The notes under the pieces: model-generated | Told to the model about the DNA's origin: nothing | The model's database searches: none | Seen by the model: only the letters and a program-made list of their open reading frames with translations | Part shown: piece by piece, positions 20,170-29,835 of the stretch | Layout of the letters: every line of letters starts with the position of its first letter | How positions within the stretch are numbered: position 1 is the first letter of the stretch | Program-made: the position numbers and the translations under genes | Virus record (IMG/VR): IMGVR_UViG_3300047666_001259 | Location: 41,909-105,908 of that record | From: a virus | Length of the DNA stretch: 64,000 nt | Reading direction: 5' to 3' (one strand)

Positions 20170-21294
20170 ATGGATTACAAAGACTACAAGCCTTGGGTGC
20201 AAACCAAACTATCGCCCAAATTCCACTCAGACCCTGAAGATGATCGGGAGAGTGAATTGAGAACAGTTATTGAAGACTTCATTAAAGTCGGAAATCAACT
20301 AGATGTTCTTAAAAAGAACAAATTTTACGGAAGAGTTAAAGGTCATCCCAATCACGTAGAGTCAGGGGTTGAGGTTCGTCCCTCAGATTCTAATTTTATA
20401 AAAGAATCTGAAGATGAACAGCTTCTTCATGCTATTATCGGAATGGCAACTGAAACAGTAGAAATGCTGGAGGCGATCTATGCCTCAAAATGGAAAGGAG
20501 AAGAATTCGATACAGTGAATTTCTTTGAAGAAATGGGAGACCTTGAGTTTTACCGTAGCATTCCATTTAATAACCTCGATTGGACTGAGAAACAAGTCCG
20601 TGATACCAATTATTTCAAGTTAGAGAAAAGATATCCAGAGGGTTACACTGATAACAGTGCGAATAACCGTGATCTGGAATCAGAAAGAGAAATTCTCGAA
20701 AAAGGTTTGTCAGAAAAAGTCACCACAATTATCGATGAACCAGTAATTCTGGTTTTCTATCTCAATGTTGGTAATTTAGAAGAATGTGATGTGCAGGAAT
20801 CCATTGAAAAGATCAAGCATCAATTCCGTTTTAAAGATGAAAAATTTTTAAGTTTTTTTATTCCTGTGCGTAACCAAGATTCTAAGGTCGAATGTATCTA
20901 TCCTGTTCTCCTTGATGATACACAAAAATCAAAAGTCAAAAAAGCAATTCAGCGACTCGAAAAAGAAATACCTGAAATAAGCTATAAATTTATTTATGTT
21001 GCCTTAACAAGTTTTGATGCATTTCATGGAATAAAAGTTCCAGCAAGATTTGAAAATTTGATGAGGGAAATTGAATCCACTTATGACGAGATGATTGAAG
21101 GTGTGTTTACTGATTATGACGAGTACAGAAGTTTTGAAGTTGAATGCGCTTCGCAAGCAAGGCATGGTTCAAACGGAACAACTGAGTATGAATCTCTTAA
21201 AACAGATGATTTAACTGACCTTTTTGATGTAGAAAAAGAACAGATAATAAAACTTGAAAGTTATAAATTTCTAACCTTCAGTTATGATGTCTGA
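20170..21294 (+). CDS. MazG-like NTP pyrophosphohydrolase fused to additional domains
   Basis: HAIIGMATETVEMLE...EEMGDLEFY...N..KLEKRYPEG. Confidence 0.8.
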   Translation: MDYKDYKPWVQTKLSPKFHSDPEDDRESELRTVIEDFIKVGNQLDVLKKNKFYGRVKGHPNHVESGVEVRPSDSNFIKESEDEQLLHAIIGMATETVEMLEAIYASKWKGEEFDTVNFFEEMGDLEFYRSIPFNNLDWTEKQVRDTNYFKLEKRYPEGYTDNSANNRDLESEREILEKGLSEKVTTIIDEPVILVFYLNVGNLEECDVQESIEKIKHQFRFKDEKFLSFFIPVRNQDSKVECIYPVLLDDTQKSKVKKAIQRLEKEIPEISYKFIYVALTSFDAFHGIKVPARFENLMREIESTYDEMIEGVFTDYDEYRSFEVECASQARHGSNGTTEYESLKTDDLTDLFDVEKEQIIKLESYKFLTFSYDV

Positions 21295-21691
21295 AAGAAA
21301 AATTATCGAAAAAGGTCTTATAAATGACGAGTATTTTTATCTATCTTTAATAGAGGTGGGGGCTAAAATTCCATTAAAATTTAAACCTTTAATGGAGGAA
21401 ATAAAAACTAACTTTAATGGAAGTTTTGAATATATATTTGATAATTATGAAGATTATCAAATACAAGTAGAAGTTTTCAAATCTAACAATGATATTGAGT
21501 CATACGAGACAATAGAATATGAAGATGATTATAATGCAATACTTTCTGATTTATGGAATATTTCAGAAAATAAATTATTAAAGCTCAAAAGTTATAAAGA
21601 ACTTAAAAAGAAAGATATTATTGAAAAGCTGAATGCAGCCAATGAAAGTAAAGATTTGCTTTCAACAATAAAACATCAAAAATTAAAGTAA
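21284..21691 (+). CDS. Hypothetical protein (resembles the C-terminal part of the upstream MazG fusion)
   Basis: KIP.KF..LM.EI...F.Y..Y...L.DL......KL.SYK shared with the C-terminus of 20170..21294. Confidence 0.55.
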   Translation: MMSERKIIEKGLINDEYFYLSLIEVGAKIPLKFKPLMEEIKTNFNGSFEYIFDNYEDYQIQVEVFKSNNDIESYETIEYEDDYNAILSDLWNISENKLLKLKSYKELKKKDIIEKLNAANESKDLLSTIKHQKLK

Positions 21692-21695
21692 CAAC

Positions 21696-22805
21696 ATGAA
21701 CAATCTAGATAAACAATACCAAGACTTACTTCAAGATATTCTTGAAAACGGCACAAAAAAAGGAGATAGAACAGGAACAGGAACTATCTCAGTGTTCGGA
21801 AGACAAATTCGACACAACATGAAAGATGGGTTCCCTCTTTTGACTTCCAAGAAAATGGCAACCAAACAAATTATCACTGAACTTCTTTGGTTCTTACGTG
21901 GTGAGACAAATATTCAATCTCTAGTTCAAGATGGAAACTATATTTGGGTTGGTGATGCTTATAAGAAATACACCACGTACCACAATAACCATCCAACTAT
22001 CCACTCCAATAGATTTGAGATTCTTTCTAGAAAAGATTTCATCGAAAAAATCAAAACTGATAACGATTTTGCTAAACAATGGGGCGATTTAGGGCCAATC
22101 TACGGGAAACAGTGGAGAAAGTGGACTTCCACTTATTTTGATAAATACACCTCTCAAGACCCGAAAGATTTATCAGTTCACGTAGATCAAATTGCAGAGA
22201 TGATAGATAAGCTCAAAAACCGACCAGATGATCGAAGAAATATGGTTACTGCTTGGAATCCAGCTGAAGTAGATGCCGCAACACTTCCTCCATGTCATTA
22301 TGGTTTTCAAGTTTGGACAAGAGAACTCTCTATAAGTGAAAGAAATATGATCATGTACGATCACCCTGAGTTTGATGTAGGTGATGTTCCAATAGGAAAG
22401 CGAGAAGAGGAAGATAAAGAACATTATCTCAAAATGGATCACCAATTATGTGATGGGTATAATGTTCCAAGGCGAGGAATTTCACTTCTCTGGAATCAAA
22501 GGTCTTGTGATACTCCTTTAGGGATTCCGTTTAACATTGCTTCTTACGGAGCTTTGTTGCAAATATTAGCCCAAACAGTAAACATGGTTCCTGAGGAGTT
22601 GATTGGAAATCTTGGCGACACTCACATTTATTTGAACCAAGTAGATGCAGTAAAAGAACAGCTTAAAAGAGCTTCTCACAAACTACCTCAATTGGAAATT
22701 GAAATACCAAAAGGAATGACTGACCCTGCTGAGTTAAAGTATGAAAACTTCAAGTTATTAAATTATATATCAGAAGACAAAATTGCCTTCGAATTATCAA
22801 ATTAA
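21696..22805 (+). CDS. thyA: Thymidylate synthase
   Basis: DRTGTGT, ELLWFLRG, LGPIYGKQWR, LPPCH, QRSCD..LGIPFNIASY, GDTHIY. Confidence 0.97.
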   Translation: MNNLDKQYQDLLQDILENGTKKGDRTGTGTISVFGRQIRHNMKDGFPLLTSKKMATKQIITELLWFLRGETNIQSLVQDGNYIWVGDAYKKYTTYHNNHPTIHSNRFEILSRKDFIEKIKTDNDFAKQWGDLGPIYGKQWRKWTSTYFDKYTSQDPKDLSVHVDQIAEMIDKLKNRPDDRRNMVTAWNPAEVDAATLPPCHYGFQVWTRELSISERNMIMYDHPEFDVGDVPIGKREEEDKEHYLKMDHQLCDGYNVPRRGISLLWNQRSCDTPLGIPFNIASYGALLQILAQTVNMVPEELIGNLGDTHIYLNQVDAVKEQLKRASHKLPQLEIEIPKGMTDPAELKYENFKLLNYISEDKIAFELSN

Positions 22806-23123
22806 ATGAAAAAATACAAAGCATACCTAAAACAAAGCGGAGAAGGTTGTGATTACACAATTGGATGCGCTCAAACTGTGGTGGGATTTTTAGCAGAGAA
22901 CATGGAGTCAGCTCACCTTAGGCTTAAAGAGATTATTATGGATGAATACACTGGAGAGCGCCAGTTAGATTCAGCAAATATTTACGAAGTAACTGAGGAG
23001 GTGTCTGTAAATTTAGAAACACTCTATGCTGAGTATAATGAAATGCAAAGAGCTGCCGCTCAGGGTTATAAACTCCAGAAGGAAAGAGAAGAATACGAAC
23101 GACTAAAAAATAAATTTGAATAA
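22806..23123 (+). CDS. Hypothetical protein
   Basis: GEGCDYTIGC motif; coupled ORF. Confidence 0.55.
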   Translation: MKKYKAYLKQSGEGCDYTIGCAQTVVGFLAENMESAHLRLKEIIMDEYTGERQLDSANIYEVTEEVSVNLETLYAEYNEMQRAAAQGYKLQKEREEYERLKNKFE

Positions 23124-23353
23124 TGGCAAAAAAAGATGAATCATGGAAAGAGGAATGGAAAGACATGCCTGAATTCCACCAAGAAGATTTAACCTCTCAC
23201 AGAAAAGTTGTTATTCATTTTAGAAATGACGAGGATGTGGAAGAATTCGCAAATCTTATTGGTCAGAAATTAACTCCGAAACAAAAAAGCACTTGGTTTC
23301 CTCACATGGAGCCAAGAAGATATGCACACTTAAGATATACTGATGAATCCTAA
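23123..23353 (+). CDS. Small partner of the TET-associated glycosyltransferase
   Basis: EWKDMPEF.QED...VIHFRN.EDVEEFA.LIGQ.LT...STWFP, a family usually found next to or fused with TAGT genes. Confidence 0.65.
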   Translation: MAKKDESWKEEWKDMPEFHQEDLTSHRKVVIHFRNDEDVEEFANLIGQKLTPKQKSTWFPHMEPRRYAHLRYTDES

Positions 23354-24197
23354 ATATCCCATTTACATCCCATCCAAAGGAAGGTGGGAAACAAGGAAAA
23401 CAGTAAAGGCTCTTGAGGCAATTAATGTGCCTTACAGTATTGTTGTAGAACCTTTTGAGTATGATTTGTATTCGGCAGTTATTAATCCTGACAATATTCT
23501 GGTATTACCAGAAAATGACATGAAATTAATAGGGTCAAGAAACTGGATAAAAGCACACTCAATTGAAAAGGGTTTTAAAAGACACTGGCAACTTGATGAT
23601 AATATTGAACAGTTCAATAGGCTTAACCAAAATTTGCAAGTAAAGGTTTCTTCTGGAACAGTTTTTAGGTGTATTGAAGACTTTACCGATAGATATGAAA
23701 ACGTAGCTTATTCAGGTTTTCAATATGACCACTTCGCAAAAGCTAAAACAAAAATGTCGCCCTACATTTTAAACACAAGAATTTACTCTTGTACGCTAGT
23801 AAATAACAGCGTACCGTTTAAATGGAGGTCAATATACAATGACGACACAGATGTTTGCTTACAAGCTCTTAAAAGCGGTTGGTGTACAATATTATTTAAT
23901 GCTTTCCTACAATGTAAAGCAACAACGATGACCGTCAAGGGAGGAAACACGGAAGAGTTATACTTGATTGAAGATGGTCGAAAGAAGATGGCTCAAGCGT
24001 TAGTGGATTTACATCCAGATGTTGCGAGAGTAGCGTGGAGGTTTAATAGATGGCAACATGTTGTAGATTACAGTTCATTTAAGTCAAACAAACTAAATAA
24101 AAGAGAGGGTTTAGTAGTTCCCGACAGAGTGAATAACTACGGAATGGTCTTGAGAGATTTTGGAACTCCAAAGAACGTTCCTGAACAATATAAATAA
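23343..24197 (+). CDS. TET-associated (GREB1-like) glycosyltransferase, putative DNA base modification
   Basis: YPIYIPSKGR, RNWI, HWQLDDNI, RIYSC.L, YNDDTD, KGGNT, RWQHVVDY. Confidence 0.8.
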   Translation: MNPKYPIYIPSKGRWETRKTVKALEAINVPYSIVVEPFEYDLYSAVINPDNILVLPENDMKLIGSRNWIKAHSIEKGFKRHWQLDDNIEQFNRLNQNLQVKVSSGTVFRCIEDFTDRYENVAYSGFQYDHFAKAKTKMSPYILNTRIYSCTLVNNSVPFKWRSIYNDDTDVCLQALKSGWCTILFNAFLQCKATTMTVKGGNTEELYLIEDGRKKMAQALVDLHPDVARVAWRFNRWQHVVDYSSFKSNKLNKREGLVVPDRVNNYGMVLRDFGTPKNVPEQYK

Positions 24198-24314
24198 AAA
24201 TAATGAGACTAATTGACTACCTGCTGATAGCTGATATGAATTCTTTGAAATCTAAATATGAGATTATACTTTGGACAGGAGAAAAGGGAGCAGAACAATT
24301 TAAAACAAAAAACG

Positions 24315-25646
24315 ATGAATTACGAAAAAATTAAAGAAGGAATCGAAGTATTCGGGTTCTGTGGTAAAATTGGAACTGGCAAAAATTATATTGCCGAACA
24401 AATTTTCCAAAAGATGATGCCAGAAAAGCAGACAGCAGTTTTAGCGTTTGCAGATCAACTAAAAATTGATGGAATTGTAAAGCTTGGTTTGGAGCGTTAC
24501 AAATGTTTTGTTGAGAAAGATGAATTCACAAGAAAATCCCTTCAACGCATCGGAACAGAAGAGGGTAGAGATGTTTATGGAAAAGATTTATGGATCAACT
24601 ATATGAGAGAGTGGATCATGGTCAACGCTGAGCGTGGAGTTAAAAGATTTATCATTTCGGATGTTCGTTTCAAAAATGAGTTTGATCTAATAGCGGAAGA
24701 ATTTAATGGAATCAATATTAGAGTAAATGCTCCCGAAAGAAATAGAGAAAAATTGATCCAAGAAGCTAAGGGTGATGAGGAAAAACTAGCACTATTATCA
24801 GCTCATATCTCTGAAACTGATTTAGATGAAGGTAGAGATTTTGGTTACACAATCACTAACGACTATCAAGATAACGCTGTACTTCAAGTCAGAGAACTTA
24901 TAAAAGAAATTAAAGCAAAGGATAAAGAGGATTTAGTAGTATTTTGTGATGTTGATGACACAATCTGTAAATGCGGTATTTATTATGAAAGTATCATTAA
25001 TGAAGTTCGAGATTTGATCTGGAGTAACCTATCAATCAGGGTTGATAAAGAATTCTTTAATGACTCTTACAATTCTGCTTTTAAAAAGAGAGATGGAGGT
25101 TATTATAAAGTCTTCTTTGAGCTTACTAGATTTGCAAACTCACTAGCTGGAACTGTTGAGGAATTTAACATGCACATCAACCCTAAAAATTATGCAAGAA
25201 TTCATAAAAAAGCTTACGAATTAGGTATGAGTGTATTCGATGTAAATTATGAAGAAATACCAAATAGAATCAATGAGTTACGGGAGCTTCAAAAGAGTGC
25301 TAGAGTAGTTTTATTTACAATGGGTGATCATTTGGAGCAATCTAAAAAAATATGTCAGCTAGGCATACAAGATATTGAGTTTGAAATATTTGACTTCAAA
25401 GACGCAACGATATTTAGAAATTTAATGCATAAGTATCCAGCTCATAAGTACGCAATGATTGGGGACTCTCTCCAGAGAGATGTTCTTTCAGCAAAAGAGG
25501 CTGGTGTAGATTACCCTATTTTAATGTTGGCAAAGCCAAATCCTTTTGTAAATTATGACAAATCAGAAGAGGAAGGATACCATATTGTCAAAAGTATTGA
25601 GGAGGCTAAAGTCTTCATTGAGAGAGAAGTTCAGGTGTCTCAGTAA
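24315..25646 (+). CDS. Deoxynucleoside monophosphate kinase fused to a HAD hydrolase
   Basis: GFCGKIGTGK, AFADQLK, R..LQRIGTE.GR, ISDVRFKNE, HISE (T4 gp1-like); then DVDDT...MIGDSLQRD (HAD). Confidence 0.85.
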   Translation: MNYEKIKEGIEVFGFCGKIGTGKNYIAEQIFQKMMPEKQTAVLAFADQLKIDGIVKLGLERYKCFVEKDEFTRKSLQRIGTEEGRDVYGKDLWINYMREWIMVNAERGVKRFIISDVRFKNEFDLIAEEFNGINIRVNAPERNREKLIQEAKGDEEKLALLSAHISETDLDEGRDFGYTITNDYQDNAVLQVRELIKEIKAKDKEDLVVFCDVDDTICKCGIYYESIINEVRDLIWSNLSIRVDKEFFNDSYNSAFKKRDGGYYKVFFELTRFANSLAGTVEEFNMHINPKNYARIHKKAYELGMSVFDVNYEEIPNRINELRELQKSARVVLFTMGDHLEQSKKICQLGIQDIEFEIFDFKDATIFRNLMHKYPAHKYAMIGDSLQRDVLSAKEAGVDYPILMLAKPNPFVNYDKSEEEGYHIVKSIEEAKVFIEREVQVSQ

Positions 25647-25670
25647 ATTTTTATCAACACTAGAGCTAAA

Positions 25671-26069
25671 ATGATAAATGAACCATATTTAAAAATACAT
25701 TTCTATAATAAACCAATAATGTTAGATAAAAAAAAGTTCTATGATTTGGGAGACAATCTTAATTCCAAAATTCATAGCCAAACCTTTTGTGAAGCAATTT
25801 CATTAGATAAGTTTGAGGGTTGGACAGAAGTAGGCAAAGTCTACAATCTTAAAGCGCAGGGTAAAGAATTTGGTGAGGCAAGAATTCTTGCTGTTCATGA
25901 ATGCGACAAGTCAGATGTGTACAGTAGGAGCTTACCTTCGATGTTGATGTCTTTAGCATCGGGAGAGAGCAGTACTAGATGGGCTGAAAAGCTTGAAGAC
26001 TTATCTCCTAAATTTTATTTTGTATTGTTTGAAAGAATAGTTCAGTTAGAACTAAATCTTAGTGACTAG
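25671..26069 (+). CDS. Hypothetical protein
   Basis: ORF track. Confidence 0.5.
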   Translation: MINEPYLKIHFYNKPIMLDKKKFYDLGDNLNSKIHSQTFCEAISLDKFEGWTEVGKVYNLKAQGKEFGEARILAVHECDKSDVYSRSLPSMLMSLASGESSTRWAEKLEDLSPKFYFVLFERIVQLELNLSD

Positions 26070-26478
26070 GATCAACGTCAGTTGGTGTTGGTAGAGAATC
26101 TAATTCAGGGGGAGAATAAGTGCTAGTAGGATTTGAAGTTGGAACGGGAACGGGTTGAAGAACAACTGTTCCTGTAGTTCTATCCAGAAGTAACTTAACA
26201 TCCCCCTTAATTTCCCACACATCATCTTCAATAGCTTCTGTGTCTTCAGATACTTCTTTTACTTCAAGAAGAACTTCTTGTTTCATTTTATTCAATCTCT
26301 CAATGTCCTTTTGTTGATTTTCATCAATTGCAGAGTTAAGATTTAAATAGAAATACACGAGCAATCCCATAATAATAGACGAGACAATTCCTAAGAACCA
26401 AAAAATAGTTTTAATATTTGTGGTTACAGTTGAATCTTCATTGAACTCCTTATTTCCTACTTTAAGTCTATTTCCCAT
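26059..26478 (-). CDS. Single-TM coiled-coil membrane protein
   Basis: TM segment IFWFLGIVSSIIMGLLVYFYL; Pro-rich tail; ATG 26478. Confidence 0.55.
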   Translation of the reverse strand: MGNRLKVGNKEFNEDSTVTTNIKTIFWFLGIVSSIIMGLLVYFYLNLNSAIDENQQKDIERLNKMKQEVLLEVKEVSEDTEAIEDDVWEIKGDVKLLLDRTTGTVVLQPVPVPTSNPTSTYSPPELDSLPTPTDVDPSH

Positions 26479-26479
26479 T

Positions 26480-26944
26480 TTAAAAAGATGTGCAGCTATC
26501 CCAAGTAATAAAATACTGTGTGTTTGGCTGTAAGTTATACAAACTAGACACCGCTCTAGTTTCAGCAAAGTTTATTAATAAATATCTATCTTGATAAATT
26601 ACTTGATCACCGTAAGGCGTAATTGCGTGAACTTTAAAGTTCGTTATGTAAGTAGCTGATCCCACACCACCTTTTCTGCTTTCGCCATAAATGTATAAAA
26701 CATTCCAATAATATCCTTGACTCCAAGTTGTGTTGCTAATAGCTGCTTTAAAATGAGAATTCCCATTCCAGTGGGCATTCCACTGAATTGAGTTCACATG
26801 CATCTTATTAACATAAGGAGTTGATTCAGAGTAAGATATCCCTATCTTTTCCTTTTCTGTTGAATCAAATGTTGAATTTGCAACAGCCGAAGGAAACAAA
26901 GTTAGAGATAAAATTAAAAACAAATATGTTAAGAGCTTTTTCAT
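26480..26944 (-). CDS. Secreted hypothetical protein
   Basis: Signal peptide MKKLLTYLFLILSLTLFPSAVA. Confidence 0.55.
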   Translation of the reverse strand: MKKLLTYLFLILSLTLFPSAVANSTFDSTEKEKIGISYSESTPYVNKMHVNSIQWNAHWNGNSHFKAAISNTTWSQGYYWNVLYIYGESRKGGVGSATYITNFKVHAITPYGDQVIYQDRYLLINFAETRAVSSLYNLQPNTQYFITWDSCTSF

Positions 26945-28494
26945 ATATCGTAAATATGTTCGTTTCCGTAATTTTTTGCATAATCTTTAATAAACACACC
27001 GGCTATAGAGTTTGCTTCATCCTCGATGTCCCCACCAATATCTTGTACTGGATCACCAATATTAAACAACCCAAGTTCTCTCTGCCTGTTGTGAACTAGC
27101 TCATGAGCAATACTTCTTAAGATATCTACCATAGCTCTACCTCCGCAGACAATGTAATTCTCATTATAGTAAGGAGAATAAGCTGCTGTAGTCATCCCAT
27201 CCTTTTTCTTATCCATTAAAATAACTTTAATAGGCTCTTTCATTTCAAGCTTGAATTGAACAAAGCACATGAAGTCTTGTATGGTCTCTAATTTTATAGG
27301 GGTCATTCCTCTAATTTCTCCCTCTATCGTAATCCAATTCTCATCGTCCTCGATATCCTTGGCTTCGTTTATTTTGTTTTTTGCTACCTTCTTTTTTTCT
27401 TTAGCCATTTCAGGATTGGTAGTAAAAGCAAAATCATCAACATCACCTTTTTTCATTTGCTTAGCAGCTTTTCCAGCTTCTCCCGAAGGCTCAATGTCTC
27501 CTGACTGCATTTGGTCAACAACATTGAAAAACTTTCTTTGCTTGTCCGATACAGCTTTCTCATCAATTGAGATGTAATCGTTAAAGGATTTTATCTTAAG
27601 ATCAGATAATGTGTCTAGATACCCTTTCTTTCTAAGGTATTTAAAAGCTAAATTTGCTGCACTCAGCTCTTCTTTATCAGTTTCAAGACCTTTAGAACGA
27701 GCATTCCATATTTTATCAGAGATTCTATCTACTAGTCCCCCGATTTTGTCAAACCCATTTGCTTTCTCAGCTTTTTCAATCATTCCAATAAAAGAAACCA
27801 CCTTCTTTTTAACATCTTCGACATCAATTTTAGAGTTGTTCTTTTCTGGTTTTGTGTTCCATGTATTTTTTACAAGAGAATACTCACCATTAGAGTGAGT
27901 TTTTTGTTCAGAGTCTTGAGCATACAATTCTATATCGTGTCCTTTAATGCGAACATCGTACTTAGAATTCCAAACAGTTTTCTTAGCATGAAGAAATTCA
28001 GATACTAAATCTTCATCATCATCGATCTTATCGTAATCAATCACAAGGTGAACATCAATATCGCTAGTTTCGTTGTAAGTATAATGAGCCATTGACCCAA
28101 CTATAACAACATCTCTAATAGGTGCTTTGATCTTTAAGAACTCATAAAAGTCTTTTGCAGCCGTAAGAAGGGCAGTGCGGACATCACTCTTGAGAGTTTG
28201 GTCTTTATCCCACAGAATATCACTCAAACCATCTTTAATCACCCCAGAGGCTTTAAAATCGATATCGTCAACATTGATCTCATCTAAAATTTCTCTGTAC
28301 CTGTGAGGGTAGAAGTATTTTTTAGATGGGCTATTTGGGTTTCTATGTGCGGCTGATTTCTTAGACGCAAGGGAAGTGTTACGGGGGGATTCTTGAGTTA
28401 AGTCCTCGTTTTCTGTCGAAAGAATAAACTTATCGTCAGCTCCATTCCTCTCGGAAATATTTTTCTTTTTGTAAGTTCTTGAACTTCTTGACAT
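26941..28494 (-). CDS. Pol-beta-superfamily nucleotidyltransferase fused to a DUF3008-like linker and a HEXXH zincin domain
   Basis: IVGSMAHYTYNETSDIDVHL...ELYAQD; AVSDKQRKFF...AKQMKKGDVDDFA; AHELVH...EDEAN. Confidence 0.75.
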   Translation of the reverse strand: MSRSSRTYKKKNISERNGADDKFILSTENEDLTQESPRNTSLASKKSAAHRNPNSPSKKYFYPHRYREILDEINVDDIDFKASGVIKDGLSDILWDKDQTLKSDVRTALLTAAKDFYEFLKIKAPIRDVVIVGSMAHYTYNETSDIDVHLVIDYDKIDDDEDLVSEFLHAKKTVWNSKYDVRIKGHDIELYAQDSEQKTHSNGEYSLVKNTWNTKPEKNNSKIDVEDVKKKVVSFIGMIEKAEKANGFDKIGGLVDRISDKIWNARSKGLETDKEELSAANLAFKYLRKKGYLDTLSDLKIKSFNDYISIDEKAVSDKQRKFFNVVDQMQSGDIEPSGEAGKAAKQMKKGDVDDFAFTTNPEMAKEKKKVAKNKINEAKDIEDDENWITIEGEIRGMTPIKLETIQDFMCFVQFKLEMKEPIKVILMDKKKDGMTTAAYSPYYNENYIVCGGRAMVDILRSIAHELVHNRQRELGLFNIGDPVQDIGGDIEDEANSIAGVFIKDYAKNYGNEHIYDI

Positions 28495-28506
28495 GTTCGA
28501 GGGGTT

Positions 28507-29214
28507 TTAAATTAATTTTTCAAAATCCTCGCTGCTGTATTCATACCAAGTTTCAAATAGTTGATTGAAAACATTCAAGGAATGTCCTGCTTTAGAGGCG
28601 TTCATTTGATTTGCTTCATCAAGCTTGTCAAAATCAAAATTAGCTTTCTTTACTAGGACACACTCTTCTTTGTCCATAATAACTACTAATCTGTCTTGAT
28701 TCTGCGGAAGACCCCACATTCTAGATTCTTTGATTCTACCTTTGTCTTCAGGGATTTCATAACCCATTAATCTTTTAAAGGTATCTTGCTCCTGTTCTTT
28801 CTTGTAGCTCTGCTTCTTTTGATCGTTGTAAACCTTCATAGCCTCATTGATCTTTGGGTTTCCTTTTTCCCAAGACTTCCCTTCTTGACCTGTAGGGACT
28901 TTAATTGTGGAGTCGGGGTTAAATGATGGGCAAATTGCTGGAATAGAGTTTCCTGATTTGTCGGTCATTCCCGGCAATAGAAGCTCATCCTCATCCTGAT
29001 GAAGCTTAGAATCATGCATCTCATTAATTGAAGTGAAAATACCTTTTTCCAAATCTTCTTTCATTTGATTCACATCAGCCATAAGAGAATCAATATCATA
29101 TTCCTCCCCTTCAGGAAGAATAATATTCTTCTCAACAGCATCAGCCTTTTGGTCAGAGGTTAAATCCCTGTTCAATTTCTCCAAAAGTTTTTCGAAACTT
29201 GTTTTATTTTTCAT
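28507..29214 (-). CDS. Hypothetical late protein
   Basis: TATTTAT upstream; LLE/INE motifs. Confidence 0.5.
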   Translation of the reverse strand: MKNKTSFEKLLEKLNRDLTSDQKADAVEKNIILPEGEEYDIDSLMADVNQMKEDLEKGIFTSINEMHDSKLHQDEDELLLPGMTDKSGNSIPAICPSFNPDSTIKVPTGQEGKSWEKGNPKINEAMKVYNDQKKQSYKKEQEQDTFKRLMGYEIPEDKGRIKESRMWGLPQNQDRLVVIMDKEECVLVKKANFDFDKLDEANQMNASKAGHSLNVFNQLFETWYEYSSEDFEKLI

Positions 29215-29322
29215 CGCAAAGTTGTAGATATATGTTCTCTGTTAATAAATACCTAAAAAAAACCCCTTATTTTAAGCTCTTTTAAAAAAATTAGTATCTT
29301 TGTAAAGAACAAACTTAAAAAG

Positions 29323-29835
29323 ATGACAAAAGAAATTCAAGAAAATGCTCAAAAAGTAATCGATGCTGGAATAGCACACGATGGGCAGAGACCTACTATG
29401 TTTGACTCACTAGACTACGCTCTAGAGGGATATGTGATTCTGACTAATGGGGATTTTAGGTCTGTTTACAACAAACAGACCATTATCGAAACCCTCTCTA
29501 AAGAATATCAGGAAGATTGTGACCCTGAAGATGATCCGATGGAGATGGCGTATGAGTGGTTTTATTTCAATATTCTCGGAACAGGTCTTTCCGAAGGGAC
29601 TCCAGTATTTATGGAAGGGTTTTATGATGACCTATTTTCTGACCTAGAATTATCCGAAGACGAAGACCTCTTCATGAAGACAATAGTGGAGGATGGTGTT
29701 TGGTCTATTTTCGAATGTGGAGCTGAAAGTTTTGAGTATGATTACCTATTGGTTTTTGATGCTAAAAAAATGAAAGCCCTCGATATTTCTACCGAAGGCT
29801 TTCCAGATTGTAGTGCTTTTCTTCAAAGGTTATGA
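29323..29835 (+). CDS. Hypothetical acidic phage protein
   Basis: EWFYFNILG...GTPVF motif; TATCTTTG promoter upstream. Confidence 0.6.
   Translation: MTKEIQENAQKVIDAGIAHDGQRPTMFDSLDYALEGYVILTNGDFRSVYNKQTIIETLSKEYQEDCDPEDDPMEMAYEWFYFNILGTGLSEGTPVFMEGFYDDLFSDLELSEDEDLFMKTIVEDGVWSIFECGAESFEYDYLLVFDAKKMKALDISTEGFPDCSAFLQRL

Noticed and set aside
21696-22805. Intein/intron in the long thyA, or a dCMP hydroxymethylase
   Set aside because: The insertions are short loops without intein or homing-endonuclease motifs; the dUMP-specifying Asn in PFNIASY is present.
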